Assembly (NCBI GenBank): GCA_964016885.1
Contig: OZ024742.1
Coordinates: forward strand, 289,354,001 to 289,418,000
Direction: 5' to 3'
DNA length: 64,000 nucleotides
Source: Eledone cirrhosa
Lineage: Eukaryota
The position numbers and the translations under genes were made by a program. Below the pieces are notes generated by a model. That model did no database searches. It saw only the letters and a program-made list of their open reading frames with translations, and had not been told where the DNA came from. Position 1 is the first letter of the stretch; every line of letters starts with the position of its first letter. Shown piece by piece: positions 50,301-61,900 of this stretch.

Positions 50301-51337
50301 GCCTCCATGGATTTCGTCGTAGCCGTCACAATGTTGTCCAACGTGACCATTTAGGTCGCCTGCAATAATTATATAGTCACTGTCAGGTATTTGGGAGGTA
50401 GTTAGCAACAGTGTCTCATAGAATCTGTCTTTTATAGTGCCGGGCAGTCCGGATTGGGGTGCGTACGCAGATATTACTGTCACCGTAGTTTTATTGAGGA
50501 CAAGTCTTATTTTAATTATTCTGTCGTTCACTCTATTTACGTCTATTATCTTATCTGCCCACTTTTCCGCTACCATGATTCCTACTCCACACAGCCCATC
50601 GTCGTTTCCCACCCAGAAAAGCTTATAACATCGTTTTTTACCCTCAATGAATCTAGCAGACCCACCCCTCCACCTGGTCTCTTGAATACAACAAACATCG
50701 ACCTCCTTACGTTCAAGCATTTCTACAACCTCGTTAGCGCGACCCTTTAGGGTGCCTACATTTATGGTACCAACTCTGAAGTTTTGGGTTGCGTTTGGAG
50801 GGTGGGGGTGGTGGGGGGCGGGGGGAGATAGGGTTACGTTAGCCATCCGCGGACGAAACAAAGAGGAGTGCTCGCATTGTCGTCCACGAGGTGAATTTGA
50901 CTTTAACTTTGGCATTTTCGCTCTGAGCGTCCAGATTTTTCTCTCCCTTCCACTCTCCAGGATTCCGCAGTCCGTCCATCCATCCATCCATCCATCATAT
51001 ATCGAAGGCAACCGGGCAAGCGATAGTATAGGCCTCTGGCTTATAATTGGTCCGCGTAATAATAATAATGGTGATGCGTGGGGGTGGGGGGGCTCTGGCT
51101 TATAATAATAATGGTGATGCGTGGGGGGGGGGCTCTGGCTTATGATTGGTCCACGTATTAAGTATGGTGGTGTGTGGGGGCGGGTGGGAGGGGTGTGGGG
51201 TAGCTAGCTGGAAGGTTATGAATGTTTAACAAGCGATTTAACAAAAAGCAAAACTGCAAGATTTGTTCTGTTCAATACGACAAAAACACCGTATTTAAAC
51301 CTTAAATAGATAACAAAAAAAATACAGATTTCGGATT
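47391..51337 (-). mobile_element. Full-length, apparently intact RTE-clade LINE
   Basis: ~420-bp 5' region, single uninterrupted ORF, ~340-bp 3' UTR, (GAT)n tail at 47391-47406, and (TA)n on both flanks. The 5' boundary is approximate. Confidence 0.93.
47733..50915 (-). CDS. RTE ORF: APE endonuclease + reverse transcriptase with inserted PHD finger (~1060 aa from MPKLKSN)
   Basis: GTINVGTL, IQETRW, YAPQSG, GDLNGHVG, QVDYIL, SQHRL; NYRGIKL, QFGF, FVDLEKAFD, GVHQGSVLSPLLF, YADD, FRYLG, LRWYGHV. The ATG at 50915 aligns with the start of the decayed copy (35166/35172); the track's 51011 start is a TTG. Confidence 0.93.
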   Translation of the reverse strand: MPKLKSNSPRGRQCEHSSLFRPRMANVTLSPPAPHHPHPPNATQNFRVGTINVGTLKGRANEVVEMLERKEVDVCCIQETRWRGGSARFIEGKKRCYKLFWVGNDDGLCGVGIMVAEKWADKIIDVNRVNDRIIKIRLVLNKTTVTVISAYAPQSGLPGTIKDRFYETLLLTTSQIPDSDYIIIAGDLNGHVGQHCDGYDEIHGGYGFGTRNEEGSRILEFCDANNLTICNTNFKKRDNHLITYRSGEYTSQVDYILTRRRDRVSVVNTKSLPHEECTSQHRLIISDLIVRTRRTRQQKRTILRRKIWKLKDPTARNKFQSILLDAFDSKEEHLESDNIEGQWEFLKANLLLATDEVCGWSRPVGRRRVTWWWNSRVEGSIKAKKQAWKVWWDGGSRVDYQVARREARREVYLARREAEERKFKHVLQRDDQKREVFRIARQCVKENRDIVGEKCVLNDDGILAITDTDKKVAWKCHYERLLNEENKWEKDSLPHIDPIEGPAVLVEGSIISKAIKDMKTGKAAGPSEIVAEMLKASGTVGHTMVTRIVNQVVQNGVVPKDWHSSIIVNCYKGKGDALDRSNYRGIKLIDQVMKVTEKVIAQLIRERIDLDEMQFGFVSGKSTTDALFIVRQLQEKYLAKGKPLYLAFVDLEKAFDRVPRSIIWWALRKLGVDEWLVRAIQAMYKETVSKVRINNEYSEEFSVKVGVHQGSVLSPLLFIIALQAITEEFKTGCPWELLYADDLTLIAESMAELEKKFQTWKHGLESKGLKINLAKTKVLVCRKENKAAVPSGKWSCSVCRKGVGRNSILCPKCKVWVHKRCSGITGKLTKNIDFTCGRCSGAISSSKCPQNTSSFNCAEGSIVIVDSFRYLGDKISSGGGCSESTVARVRTGWKKFRELIPLLAAKGFSLKMKGRLYDACIRTAMLHGSETWALCAEDIRRLERNEACMLRWMCNSNIRERQSINELRKKLEIRGIRCCLLERRLRWYGHVMRMKVDSCITKCRAIKIDGSHGIGRPRKTWDELINSDLTHLHLSKTMSLDRDLWRYSVTEKTRLASRHL

Positions 51338-51619
51338 TATATATATATATATGTGTGTGTGTGTGTTGCATCATGAGTCTGAAGAGCTGGTTGATAATGG
51401 AGTCGGGTCCATAACTTCTACGAATGACCCTGAGCCAATCCTCTGTGAAATGCACAATAAACATCTAAATACATGGAAACAAAACATCATTGTTTTTATT
51501 AATCTATATTATGGCAGTCAATTTGACAGACTCATTAGAGCATTCACTTTCATCCTTTCAAGTTTGATAAAAAATACTGGTGCAGCCCTCTTTTTTTTTC
51601 AAGTCACATCCTCGATGTT

Positions 51620-51960
51620 ACTCTGGATCATAAGGCCAAAATGATCCAAGAATGGATGAGTTACAATCTTGATGTTCATGTCAACTCATATGTAGTCGAG
51701 AGAGAAGTCAATCAATGCCTCCATAACACTATAAAATCTCTGAAGTCTGCCATAACTATCACAATGTCCAAAATAAAGATCATCTGATTTGGACATATCA
51801 ATGTTTCAGGCCTTGTATTAAAATAGTCATTGATGCTAATAACAAATTCATTAAGTAGATGCGTCAAGACTCAAGATTATTCATGCCAATTTTTTCACAA
51901 ATAAAGCTCTTCTTTCATGACTTATGCAACTTTTACTAAATTCCTCAAAGAACTGAGCAG
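51620..51960 (+). mobile_element. Highly decayed Tc1/mariner-superfamily transposase C-terminal relic
   Basis: Frame reads VEREVNQCLHNTIKSLKSAI...CFRPCIKIVIDANNKFIK*, similar to typical DD37D/Tc1 C-termini. Confidence 0.45.
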
Positions 51961-52004
51961 CCGTGTGTGTGTGTGTATGAATGTATGCAAGCATGTATAC
52001 TTAC

Positions 52005-52073
52005 TATCTCTTGTCTGTCATCAAACATTGTATCTGTTTGCATTGGAAGTGAGGATGAAAGATAATTTCCAGT
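52005..52073 (-). CDS. ANKRD26: ANKRD26-like exon; TGNYLSSSLPMQTDTMFDDRQEI
   Basis: Acceptor TTTTTATATTTTCAG, donor ATA|GTAAGT. 69 nt, phase 0-0, open. Assigned by splice sites and phase only. Confidence 0.65.
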
Positions 52074-52871
52074 CTGAAAATATAAAAACTGTATTATTTC
52101 CATATTTGGACATTTTATTTAAATTGTAATATAAACACAGTTATGGTCATGTTGTTAAGAAGTTTACTTTGCAATCACAGGTTGGAAGAAATCTATTTAA
52201 CTGGTGCTTTTACTACCAACTATCCCTGTGCATCTAGAACATACAATTCTACCTTCCTGTTAGTCTGCCTGCTATCCCATATATCCAAGATGTACATTGT
52301 GTACACTGTATAGAGTACCTACTCTTTTTCTACACATCAAGCAAGGCCACATCCCTGATGTGATCAGGGTTTTATTTTCTTTCCTACTAACTAAATTTTG
52401 TCTTTTGGCAAATTGAGCCCATGGAAGAAATATATTAGTTTAAGGTTTGAAATAGTAGGAAGAGAGTCTTAACATTTCGGACACTAGTCTTTCATCAGAA
52501 GACAGAGTTAAAAACAGAAAGTAAAGAGTGATGAGAAGAAGTAACAGAAAATCGAGGAAAAAAGGGTGGAGAATAAAAACACATGCGCGTATTCAATCAG
52601 CCATCTTGGAGAGTGGCTGGTCAAGTGGTATCTTCCGCATTAAAGAAATTTAGAAAGAGAGTTAATCAAAGTATATGTTGGTGAGAAAGTGAGTATGCGT
52701 GAGTGTGTTCGTGTGTGCATGCATGTGTGCGCGAGAACGTGTGAAGGTGTACATATGTTTGAAGGAGAAGCCTTGAACCACGACAGGCTGCTGGCTGCTG
52801 AGAGAGTGGGGATGCATGAGTAAGCATATGCGCAGAGAGAAAAAGAGACAGAGGGAGATAGATATACAAAC

Positions 52872-52935
52872 CATATTATCTTTATATTTCACTCTGGATT
52901 TCAAAGTTGCAATTTCACACAGGAGAAGATGATTC
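52872..52935 (-). CDS. ANKRD26: ANKRD26-like exon; xNHLLLCEIATLKSRVKYKDNM
   Basis: Acceptor TTTTCTTTTAATTTTAAG, donor ATG|GTTTGT, phase 2-0. Coiled-coil-like heptads; compatible with the exon at 52073. Confidence 0.6.
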
Positions 52936-52960
52936 CTTAAAATTAAAAGAAAATGAAATG

Positions 52961-55900
52961 TCAACCGCTCAATATCTTTCAGCAAACACTCAATATCCTT
53001 CACCAAACACAAAACACCGAACACACAATATCCTTCACCAAACACCAAGCACTCTATATCTTTCACCAAACACCAACCACTCTATATCCTTCACCAAATA
53101 TCAAACACTCAATATCCTTCACCAAACCCCAACCACTCAATATCCTTCACCAAACCCCAACCACTCAATATCCTTCAGCAAACACCAACCACTCAATATC
53201 CTTCACCTCACCCCAACCACTCTATATCCTTCATCAAACACAAAGCACCGAACACACAATATCCTTCACCAAACCCCAACCACTCAATATCCTTCACCAA
53301 ACCCCAACCACTCAATATCCTTCACCAAACATCAACCACTCTATACCCTTCACCAAATACCAACCACTCTATATCCTTCACCAAACACCAACCACTCAAT
53401 ATCCTTCACCTCACCCCAACCATTCTATATCCTTCACCAAACACCAACCACTCAATATCCTTCACCAAACACCAACCACTCAATATCCTTCACCTAACAC
53501 CAACCACTCAATATCCTTCACCAAACACCAACCACTCAATATCCTTCACCTCACCCCAACCATTCTATATCCTTCACCAAACACCAACCACTCAATATCC
53601 TTCACCAAACACCAACCACTCAATATCCTTCACCTAACACCAACCACTCAATATCCTTCACCAAAAAACAACCACTCAATATCCTTCACCTCACCCCAAC
53701 CATTCTATATCCTTCACCAAACACCAACCACTCAATATCCTTCACCAAACACCAACCACTCAATATCCTTCACCAAACACCAACCACTCTATATCCTTCA
53801 CCAAACACCAACCTCTCTATATCTTTTACCAAATACCAACCACTCAATATCCTTCACCAAACACCAGCCACTCAATATCCTTCATTAAACACCAACCACT
53901 CTATATCCTTCACCAAACACCAACCACTCTATATCGTTCACCAAATACCAACCACTCTATATCCTTCACCAAACATCAACCACTCTATATCCTTCACCAA
54001 ACATCAACCACTCTATACCCTTCACCAAACACCAACCAATCTATCTCCTTCACCAAACACAAACCACTCAATATCATTCACCAAACACCAACCACTTTAT
54101 ATCCTGCACCAAACACCAACCACTCATTATTCTTTACCAAATAACAACCACTATATATCCTTCACCAAATACCAACCACTCTATATCCTTCACCAAACAC
54201 CAACCTCTCAATATCCTTCACCAAACACTAACCACTCTATGTCCTTCACCAAACACCAACCACCAACCTCTCTATATCCTTCACCAAACACCAACAATTC
54301 AATATCCTTCACCAAATACCAACCACTAAATATCATTAACCAAACACCAACCACTCTATATCCTTCACCAAACACCAACCACTCAATATCCTACACCAAA
54401 TACCAACCACTCAATATCCTACACCAAATACCAACCACTCAATATCTTTTACCAAATACCAACCACTCAATATCCTTCACCAAACACCAACCTCTCAATA
54501 TCCTTCACCAAACACCAACCACTCAATATCCTTCATCATACACCAATCACTCAATATCCTTCATCAAACACCAACTGCTCTATATCCTTCACCAAACAGC
54601 AACCACTCAATATCCTTCACCAAACACCAACCACTCTATTTCCTTCACCAAATACCAACCACTCTATATGCTTTACCAAACACCAACCACTCAATATCCT
54701 TCACCTCACCCCAACCACTCTATATCCTTCACCAAACACCAACAACTCAATATCCTTCACCAAACACCAAGCACTCTATATCTTTCACCAAACACCAACC
54801 ACTCTATATCCTTCACCAAATATCAAACACTCAATATCCTTCACCAAACCCCAACCACTCAATATCCTTCACCAAACCCCAACCACTCAATATCCTTCAA
54901 CAAACACCAACCACTCAATATCCTTCACCTCACCCCAACCACTCTATATCCTTCACCAAACACAAAACACCGAACACACAATATCCTTCACCAAACCCCA
55001 ACCACTCAATATCCGTCACCAAAACCCAACCACTCAATATCCTTCACCAAACACCAATCTCTCTATATCTTTTACCAAATACCAACCACTCAATATCCTT
55101 CACCAAACACCAACCTCTCTATATCCTTTACCAAACCCCAACCACTCAATATCCTTCACCAAATACCAACCACTCTATATCCTTCACCAAACACCAACCA
55201 CTCAATATCCTTCACCTCACCCCAACCATTCTATATCCTTCACCAAACACCAACCACTCAATATCCTTCACCAAACACCAACCACTCAATATCCTTCACC
55301 TAACACCAACCACTCAATATCCTTCACCAAACACCAACCACTCAATATCCTTCACCTCACCCCAACCATTCTATATCCTTCACCAAACACCAACCACTCA
55401 ATATCCTTCACCAAACACCAACCACTCAATATCCTTCACCTAACACCAACCACTCAATATCCTTCACCAAACACCAACCACTCTATATCCTTCACCAAAC
55501 ACCAACCACTCTATATCCTTCACCAAACACCAACCACTCTATATCGTTCACCAAATACCAACCACTCTATATCCTTCACCAAACATCAACCACTCTATAT
55601 CCTTCACCAAACATCAACCACTCTATACCCTTCACCAAACACCAACCACTCAATATCATTCACCAAACACCAACCACTTTATATCCTGCACCAAACACCA
55701 ACCACTCATTATTCTTTACCAAATAACAACCACTATATATCCTTCACCAAATACCAACCACTCAATATCATTAACCAAACACCAACCACTCTATATCCTT
55801 CACCAAACACCAACCACTCAATATCCTACACCAAATACCAACCACTCAATATCCTACACCAAATACCAACCACTCAATATCTTTTACCAAATACCAACCA

Positions 55901-58900
55901 CTCAATATCCTTCACCAAACACCAACCTCTCAATATCCTTCACCAAACACCAACCACTCAATATCCTTCATCAAACACCAACCACTCAATATCCTTCATC
56001 AAACACCAACTGCTCTATATCCTTCACCAAACACCAACAACTCAATATCCTTCACCAAACACCAACCACTCTATTACCTTCACCAAATACCAACCACTCT
56101 ATATGCTTCACCAAACACCAACCACTCAATATCCTTCACCTCACCCCAACCACTCTATATCCTTCACCAAACACCAACCACTCAATATCCTTCACCAAAC
56201 ACCAACCACTCAATATACTTCACCTAACACCAACCACTCAATATCCTTCACCAAACACCAACCACTCAATATCCTTCACCAAACACCAACCACTCAATAT
56301 CCTTCACCTAACACCAACCACTCAATATCCTTCACCAAACACCAACCTCTCTATATCTTTTACCAAATACCAACCACTCAATATCCTTCACCTCACCCCA
56401 ACCACTCAATATCCTTCACCAAACACCAACCACTCAATATCCTTCACCAAACACCAACCACTCAATATCCTTCACCAAACACCAACCACTCAATATCCTT
56501 CACCAAACACTCAATATCCTTCACCAAACACCAACCACTCAATATCCTTCATCAAACACCAACCACTCTATATCCTTCACGAAATACTAACCACTCTATA
56601 TCCTTCACCAAACACCAACCACTCAGTATCCTTCACCACATACCAACCACTCTATATCCTTCACCAAACACCAACCACTCAATATCATTCACCTAATACC
56701 AACCACTCAATATCCTTCACCAAATACCAACCTCTCTATATCCTTCACCAAACACCAGCCACACAATATCCTTCACCAAGCACCAACCACTCAATATCCT
56801 TCATCAAACACCAACCACTCTATATCCTTCACGAAATACTAACCTCTCTATATCTTTCACCAAACACCAACCACTCAGTATCCTTCACCACACACCAACC
56901 ACTCTCTATCCTTCACCAAACACCAACTTCTCTATATCTTTTACCAAATACCAACCACTCAATATCCTTCACCAAACACCAACCTCTCTATATCATTCAG
57001 CAAACACCAGCCACACAATATCCTTCACCAAGCACCAACCACTCAATGTCCTTCACCAAACACCAACCAATCTATATCCTTCACCAAACACCAACCACTC
57101 TATATCCTTCACCAAACTCCAATCACTCAATATCCTTCACCAAACACGAACCACTCAAATCCTTCACCAAACACCAACCACTCAATATGCTACACCAAAT
57201 ACCAACCACTCAATATGCTTCACCAAAGACCAACCACTCAATATCTTTCACCAAACGCCAACCACTCAATATCCTTCAGCAAACCCCAACCACTCAATAT
57301 CCTTCACCAAACCCCAACCACTCATTATCTTTCACCAAACACCAACCACTCGAAATCCTTCACCAAACACCAACCACTCTATATCCTTCACCAAACACCA
57401 ACCACTCAATATCCTTCACCAAACACCAACCACTCAATATCCTTCATCAAACACCAACCGCTCTATATCCTTCACCAAACACCAACCACTCAATATCCTT
57501 CACCAAACACTAACCACTCTATATCCTTCACCAAATACCAACCACTCTATATCCTTCACCAAACACCAACCACTCTACATCTTTCACCAAACACCAACCA
57601 CTCTATATCCTTCACCAAACACCAACGACCAACCACTCTATATCCTTCACCAAACACCAACCAGTCAATATCCTTCACCAAACACCAACCAGTCAATATC
57701 CTTCACCAAACACCAACCACTCAATATCCTTCACCAAATAACAACCAATCTATATCCTTCACCACATACCAACTACTCAATATCGTTCACCAAACACCAA
57801 CCACTCAATATTTTTCACCAAACACCAACCACTAAATATCCTTCACCAAACACCAAACACTCAATATCCTTCACCAAACACCAACCACTCAATATGCTTC
57901 ACCAAATAACAACCACTCTATATCCTTCACCAAACACCAACCTCTCAATATCCTTCACCAAACACCAACCACTCAATATCCTTCACCAAACACTAACCAC
58001 TCTATGTCCTTCACCAAACACCAACCACTTAATATCCTTCACCAACCACTCAATATCCTTCGCCAAAGACTCTGTATGCTTCACCAAACACCAACCACTC
58101 TATATCCTTCACCAAACACCAACCTCTCTATATCCTTCACCAAACACCAACCATTCAATATCCTTCAGCAAATACCAACCACACAATATCATTAAACAAA
58201 CAGCAACCACTCTATATCCTTCACCAAACACCAACCACTCTATATCCTTCACCAAACACCAACCACCAACCACTCTATATCATTCACCAAAAAGCAACCA
58301 CTCAGTATCCTACATCAAATACCAACCACTCAATATCCTTCACCAAATACCAACCTCTCTATATCCTTCACCAAACACCAACCATTCAATATCCTTCACC
58401 AAACACTAACCACTCTATGTCCTTCACCAAACACCAACCACCAACCTCTCTATATCCTTCACCAAACACCAACCACTCAATATCCTACACCAAACACCAA
58501 CCACTCTATATCCTTCACCAAACACCAACCTCTCAATATCCTTCACCAAACACCAACCACTCAATATCCTTCACCAAACACTAACCACTCTATGTCCTTC
58601 ACCGAACACCAACCACTTAATATCCTTCACCAACCACTCAATATCCTTCACCAAACACCAACCACTCAATAACCTTCACCAAACACGAACCATTCAATAT
58701 CCTTCACCAAACACTCTATATGCTTCACCAAACACCAACCACTCTATATCCTTCACCAAACACCAACCACCAACCTCTCTCTATCCTTCACCAAACACCA
58801 ACCACTCAATATCCTACACCAAATACCAACCACTCAATATCCTTCATCAAACACCAACCACTCAATATCCTTCATCAAACACCAACCACTCTATATCCTT

Positions 58901-61900
58901 CACCAAACACCAACCACTCAATATCCTTCACCAAACACCAACCACTCAATATCCTTCACCAAACACCAACCACTCAATATCCTTCACCAGACACCAACCA
59001 CTCAATATCCTTCACCAAACACCAACCACTCAATATACTTCACCAAACACTCAATATCCTTCACCAAACACCAACCACTCAATATCCTTCATCAAACACC
59101 AACCACCAACCTCTCTGTATCCTTCACCAAACACCAACCACTCTATATCCTTCACCAAACACCAACCACTCAATATCATTCACCTAACACCAACCACTCA
59201 ATATCATTCACCAAACACCAACCACTCTATATCCTTCACCAAACACCAATCTCTCTATATCTTTTACCAAATACCAACCACTCAATATCCTTCACCAAAC
59301 ACCAACCTCTCTATATCCTTTACCAAACACCAGCCACATAATATCCTTCACCAAGCACCAACCACTCAATATCCTTCATCAAACACCAACCACTCTATAT
59401 CCTTCACGAAATACTAACCTCTCTATATCCTTCACCAAACACCAACCACTCAGTATCCTTCACCACACACCAACCACTCTCTATCCTTCACCAAACACCA
59501 ACTTCTCTATATCTTTTACCAAATACCAACCACTCAATATCCTTCACCAAACACCAACCTCTCTATATCATTCACCAAACACCAGCCACACAATATCCTT
59601 CACCAAGCACCAACCACTCAATATCCTTCACCAAACACCAACCACGCAATATCTTTCACCAAACACCAACCACTCAATATCCTTCACCAAACACAAACCA
59701 CTCAATATTCGTTACCAAATAACAACCACTCTATATCCTTCACCAAACACCAACCACTCTATATCCTTCACCAAACACCAACCACTCAATATCCTTCACC
59801 AAACACTAACCACTCTATATCCTTCACCAAACACCGTCCACTCTCTATCCTTCACCAAACAACAACCACTCAATATCATTCACCAAACACCACTCACTCA
59901 ATATCCTTCACCAAACACCAACCACTCTATATCCTTCACCAAACACCAACCTCTCAATATCCTACACCAAATACCAACCACTCAACATCCTACGCCAAAT
60001 ACCAACCACTCAATATCTTTCACCAAACACCAACCACTCAATATCCTTCACCAAACACCAACCACTCAATATCATTCACCAAACACCAACCACTCAATAT
60101 CCTTCACCAAACACCAACCACTCTATATCCTTCACCAAACACCAACCACCAACCACTCTATATCCTTCACCAAACACCAACCACTCAATATCCTTCACCA
60201 AACACCAACCACTCAATATCCTTCACCAAACACCAACCACTCTATATCTTTCACCAAACACCAACCACTCTATATGCTTCACCAAACAGCAACCACTCAA
60301 TATCCTTCACCAAACGCCAACCACTCTATATCCCTCACCAAACACCAACCACCAACCACACTATATCTTTCACCAAACACCAACCACTCTATATCCTTCA
60401 CCAAACACCAACCACCAACCACTCTATATCTTTCACCAAACACCAACCACTCTATATCCTTCACCAAACACCAACCACTCAATATCCTTCACCAAACGCC
60501 AACCACTCTATATCCCTCACCAAACATCAACCACTCTATACCCTTCACCAAACACCAACCACTCAATATCCTTCACCAAACGCCAACCACTCTATATCCC
60601 TCACCAAACATCAACCACTCTATACCCTTCACCAAACACCAACCACTCAATATCCTTCACCAAACACCAACCTCTCTATATCTTTTACCAAATACCAACC
60701 ACTCAATATCCTTCACCAAACATTAACCACTCTATATCCCTCACCAAACATCAACCACTCTATACCCTTCACCAAACACCAACCACTCAATATCCTTCAC
60801 CAAACACCAACCTCTCTATATCTTTTACCAAATACCAACCATTCAATATCCTTCACCAAACACCAACCTCTCTATATCCTTCACCAAACACCAGCCACTC
60901 AATATCCTTCACCAAACACCAACCACTCAATATCCTTCATCAAACACCAACCACTCAATATCCTTCATCAAACACCAACCACTCAATATCCTTCACCAAA
61001 CACCAACCACTCAATATCCTTCACCAAACACCAACCACTCAATATCCTTCACCAAACACCAACCACTCAATATCCTTCACCAAACACCAACCACTCAATA
61101 TCCTTCACCAAACACCAACCACTCAATATCCTTCACCAAACACCAACCACTCAATATCCTTCACCAAACACCAACCACTCAATATCCTTCACCAAAAAAT
61201 CTATATCCTTCACCAAACACCAACCATTCAATATCCTTCACCAAATACCAACCACTCAATATCATTAACCAAACACCAACCACTCTATATCCTTCACCAA
61301 ACACCAACCACTCAATATCCTACACCAAATACCAACCACTCAATATCCTACACCAAATACCAACCACTCAATATCTTTCACCAAACACCAACCACTCAAT
61401 ATCCTTCACCAAACACCAACCACTCTATATCCTTCACCAAGCACCAACCACCAACCACTCTATATGCTTCACCAAACACCAACCACTCAATATCCTTCAC
61501 CAAACACCAACCACTCTATATCCCTCACCAAACACCAACCACTCTATATGCTTCACCAAACATCAACCACACAATACCCTTCACCAAACACCAACCAATC
61601 TATTTCCTTCACCAAACACCAACCACTCAATATCCTTCACCAAAGACCAACCACTTTATATCCTGCACCAAACACCAACCACTCAATATCCTTTACCAAA
61701 TAACAACCACTCTATATTCTTCACCAAACAACAATCACTCAATATCCTTCACCAAATACCAACCACTCAATATCCTTCACCAAATAACAACAAATCTATA
61801 TGCTTCACCAAATACCAACTACTCAATATCCTTCACCAAACACCAATCTCTAAATATCCTTCACCAAACACCAACCACTCAATATCCTTCACCAAATTCA

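Noticed and set aside
47809-50750. Several + strand ORFs antisense to the RTE (and equivalents antisense to the CR1, Gypsy and CRE)
   Set aside because: Antisense shadows of TE coding sequence with no independent motifs.
50916-51011. N-terminal 32-aa extension of the RTE ORF given by the track (1092 aa)
   Set aside because: It starts at TTG and runs through a (GGAT)n tract. The second copy supports the start at 50915.
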